Source of the DNA: the human T2T-CHM13v2.0 reference genome, Homo sapiens
Length of the DNA: 64,000 nt
Strand: one strand, 5' to 3'
Assembly: GCF_009914755.1 (NCBI RefSeq)
Contig: NC_060929.1
Part shown: one piece after another, positions 61,320-64,000 of the stretch
Numbering within the stretch: position 1 is the first letter of the stretch
How the letters are laid out: each line of letters starts with the position of its first letter
Made by a program: the position numbers and the translations under genes
The notes under the pieces: generated by a model
The model's database searches: none
What the model was told of the DNA's origin: nothing
The model's input: only the letters and a program-made list of their open reading frames with translations

Positions 61320-62570
61320 GTTTAAATCAATAAACTTTATTTTTTAAAGCAGTTTTAGATTCACAGCAAGACTGAGTAGAAAATATAGAGTACCCATATA
61401 TCCTGTCTTCTTCCCCCATACACATAACCTCCCCCACTTTTGATATCACATGCCGCAGTGGTACATTTGTTATAAGTGATGAGCCTACACTGACACATTA
61501 TCATCACCCAAATTCTGTAGTTTACGTTAGAGTTCACTATTGATATCGTATATTTCATGGGTTTAGACAAATGTGTAATGACGTGTCTCTACCATTATAG
61601 TATTATATAGAATAATTTCACTGCCCTAAAAATCCCCTGTGCTCTGCCTATTTATCCTTCCCACTCCATAGCCCCTGGAAACAACCAATCTTTTTACTGT
61701 TTCCATAGTTTTGCTTGCTCCAGAATGTCACAGAGTTGGAATCATACAGTATGTAAACTTATCAAATTGGGTTCTTTCACTTAGTAATACGCATTCAAAT
61801 TTCCTCCCTGCTTTTTTATGGCTTGGTAGCTCATTTATTTTTATCACTGAATAACACTGCATTGTCTAGATGTACTACAGCTTATTTATCCATTCACCTA
61901 CTGAAGGACTTCTTGGTTGCCTCTAAGTTTTGATCATTATGAATAAAGCTGCTATAAACATCCATGTGAAGGGTTTTGTGTGGACATAAACTTTCACCTC
62001 TTTTGAGTAAATACCAAGGAGTATGACTGCTTATAGATTGTATGATAACAGCATTTTTAGTTTTGTAAAAAGCTGCCAAACTGTCTTCCAAAGTGGCCGT
62101 ACCATTGTGCATTCCCACAAGAAATGAATGAGAGAACCAAATCCTTGCCACCATTTGATGCTGTCAGTGTTTTGGATTTTGAACATTCTAGTAGATATGT
62201 AGTGGTATCTCATTGTTGTTTTAATTTGCACTTCTTTAATGACATATGATGTTGGATATATTTTAATATGCTTACTTTGCATCTGTATAGCCTCTTTGAT
62301 GAGGTGTCCCTTCAGGTCTTTTGTCCATTTTTCAATCAGGTTGTTTGCTTTCTTATTGCTGATTTTTAGTAATTTTTAAATGTTTGGATAACAGTCCTTT
62401 ATCAGATATATCTTTTGAAAATATTTTCTCTCAATCTGTGCTTTGTCTTCTCATTCTTTTGACAATATCTTTTGCAAAGCAAAAATTATTTTATTTTAGT
62501 GAAGTCTAGCTTATCAATCATTACTTTCATGGATTATGCCTTTGGTGTTGTATCTATAAAGTCATCTACC
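61320..62570 (-). mobile_element. L1MC-type 3' portion
   Basis: AACTTTATTTTTTAAAGCAGTTTTAGATTCACAGCAA 3' end; ORF2 C-terminal peptide [14 protein letters not shown]...PLWKTVW (62031-62282). Confidence 0.85.
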
Positions 62571-62849
62571 ACAGATTTAATTAATAATATTATCCTTCTT
62601 AGCATTTAATTTTTCTGTTATATAGACTTACAATGTTGATTACTTGGTTCGTTTGATTTAAATGCTCTCCTTTAGCTTTAAAAGAGGTAAAGGGGAAATT
62701 TACTCTAGTTCCCTCTTTCCTTTTCCAATTTGTCTTAGCTGTATCATTTCTACATTTTCAGCACTTATAAAATTAACATTCTATTTGGTTACATTAGCTC
62801 CACATTTGTTTTTAATTTTGAATTGCATCTAAACATATTCTGTGACCAC

Positions 62850-63500
62850 CATGAACACCTTTGTTGTAATTCCTGGACTTTGGCTGGCTGGAGTCTGTCT
62901 TCTAGCAATTTTATCAATAAGGACTTTGAAGGACAACATTTTCTGGATTCCAGAATGTTCAAGACTTTTTGTTTGTACCCTTTATATTTGAAGAATAGTT
63001 TGGCTGTATATAAAATCTTTAGCTCACATTTCTTTCCTTGAGAATATTACAGGTGTTACTTTAAGAATTTTGGCATTGGATGAAGGTATGGAGAAGTCTG
63101 AGGAACACCTATACATTTTTTCCTGTTGTAAATTATCTGATGATTTTGTCTGCGATTCTTTCTTTATCTTTACATTCAGTATACTTACTGGATGGGTCTT
63201 GGTGTTAACTGTTCTGGGTTATTATTCCTGGACACAGAGTGTACTCTTTCAGTATGTGATTGTAGGTCATCTTTTACATTAGGAAAGTTTTCTTCAATTA
63301 TACCATTAGCAATTTGTTCTGTTTTACTTGGTTATTTCCCTCTTTGACAGCTTCAAAGGACTATGTTGAATCTTCTTTACTTGTTTTTATGCTACACCTT
63401 TTCCCTCCAGTTTTCTCATTACTATTCTCTAAGTTTCCTACTTGCTTTTTACATTCTTTTCTCTGTGTGCTTCTTCCATTTTTTCCTTCTTTGTACTTCT
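62850..63500 (-). mobile_element. Very old L1M-type relic
   Basis: TTGAAGAATAGTTTGGCTGTATATAAAATCTT..., a reverse L1 ORF1-type motif in T-rich sequence. Confidence 0.5.
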
Positions 63501-64000
63501 CCTTTATAATTTTCCTTCATAAAGACTAGTGATTTTTTTTTAATTTTAAAATTCACAATAAAACATTTGGCTACAATTTTTATTTGCTCTGTCAACATTT
63601 TTTCTGGCTTGTGTCCTTTGTGTTTGGAAGGTTTACTGCTATTTCTTTCTTACATCTTCTCTTATATAATCTTGGTGTCAGTGCTATGCTAATTCCTTTC
63701 ATTAATGAACAATTTGAATTTTTCTGAGCAACTTTTTTTCAGAAAGTTCCATTAAGAGAAAAAACATAACTGTACCCTTTCAGACTCTTAATTCCTTTTT
63801 TTCTTTCTTAGAGACAGACTTCTTTCTTCCAATATGGCTCATCTGTGTGGTTCTTCCATAGCCCTGCACTTTTGTTTCTCTGAGAGTCACTGGGTCCATG
63901 AAGGCTCTTGTTGCCACCCCCGATCACACAGGATCTACACCCATTGCTGCCAGCATGAATACAGCTTCTGCACTTCTCAGATAACCTCTCACCTGCAGGA

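Overview
Human genomic DNA: an AluYa5 with all five diagnostic bases indicates Homo sapiens. The window is AT-rich and dominated by repeats, and I cannot name the locus. No intact protein-coding gene, RNA gene or CRISPR array is recognisable, and all long ORFs in the track are LINE-1 or Alu derived. Main contents are an older, near full-length L1PA (1-~5960, minus, with an AluY inside ORF2), a full-length L1PA2/3-type element with target-site duplications (TSDs) (24661-30588, minus), an old L1M with a nested MST LTR (~33.3-39.3 kb), several truncated L1s, six Alus, and MIR/L2/MER/MaLR relics. The most interesting signal appears when the young L1 is removed at its TSD. This rebuilds a 53-nt exon with canonical splice sites encoding a hydrophobic signal-peptide core. 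It splices in phase to a downstream Thr/Ala/Ser/Pro-rich terminal exon with a stop codon and an ATTAAA signal. I read this as a decayed small secreted or GPI-anchored mucin-like gene on the + strand, and the L1 antisense promoter/ORF0 points straight into its surviving 3' half. Subfamily calls and the boundaries of old repeats were made by eye and are approximate.
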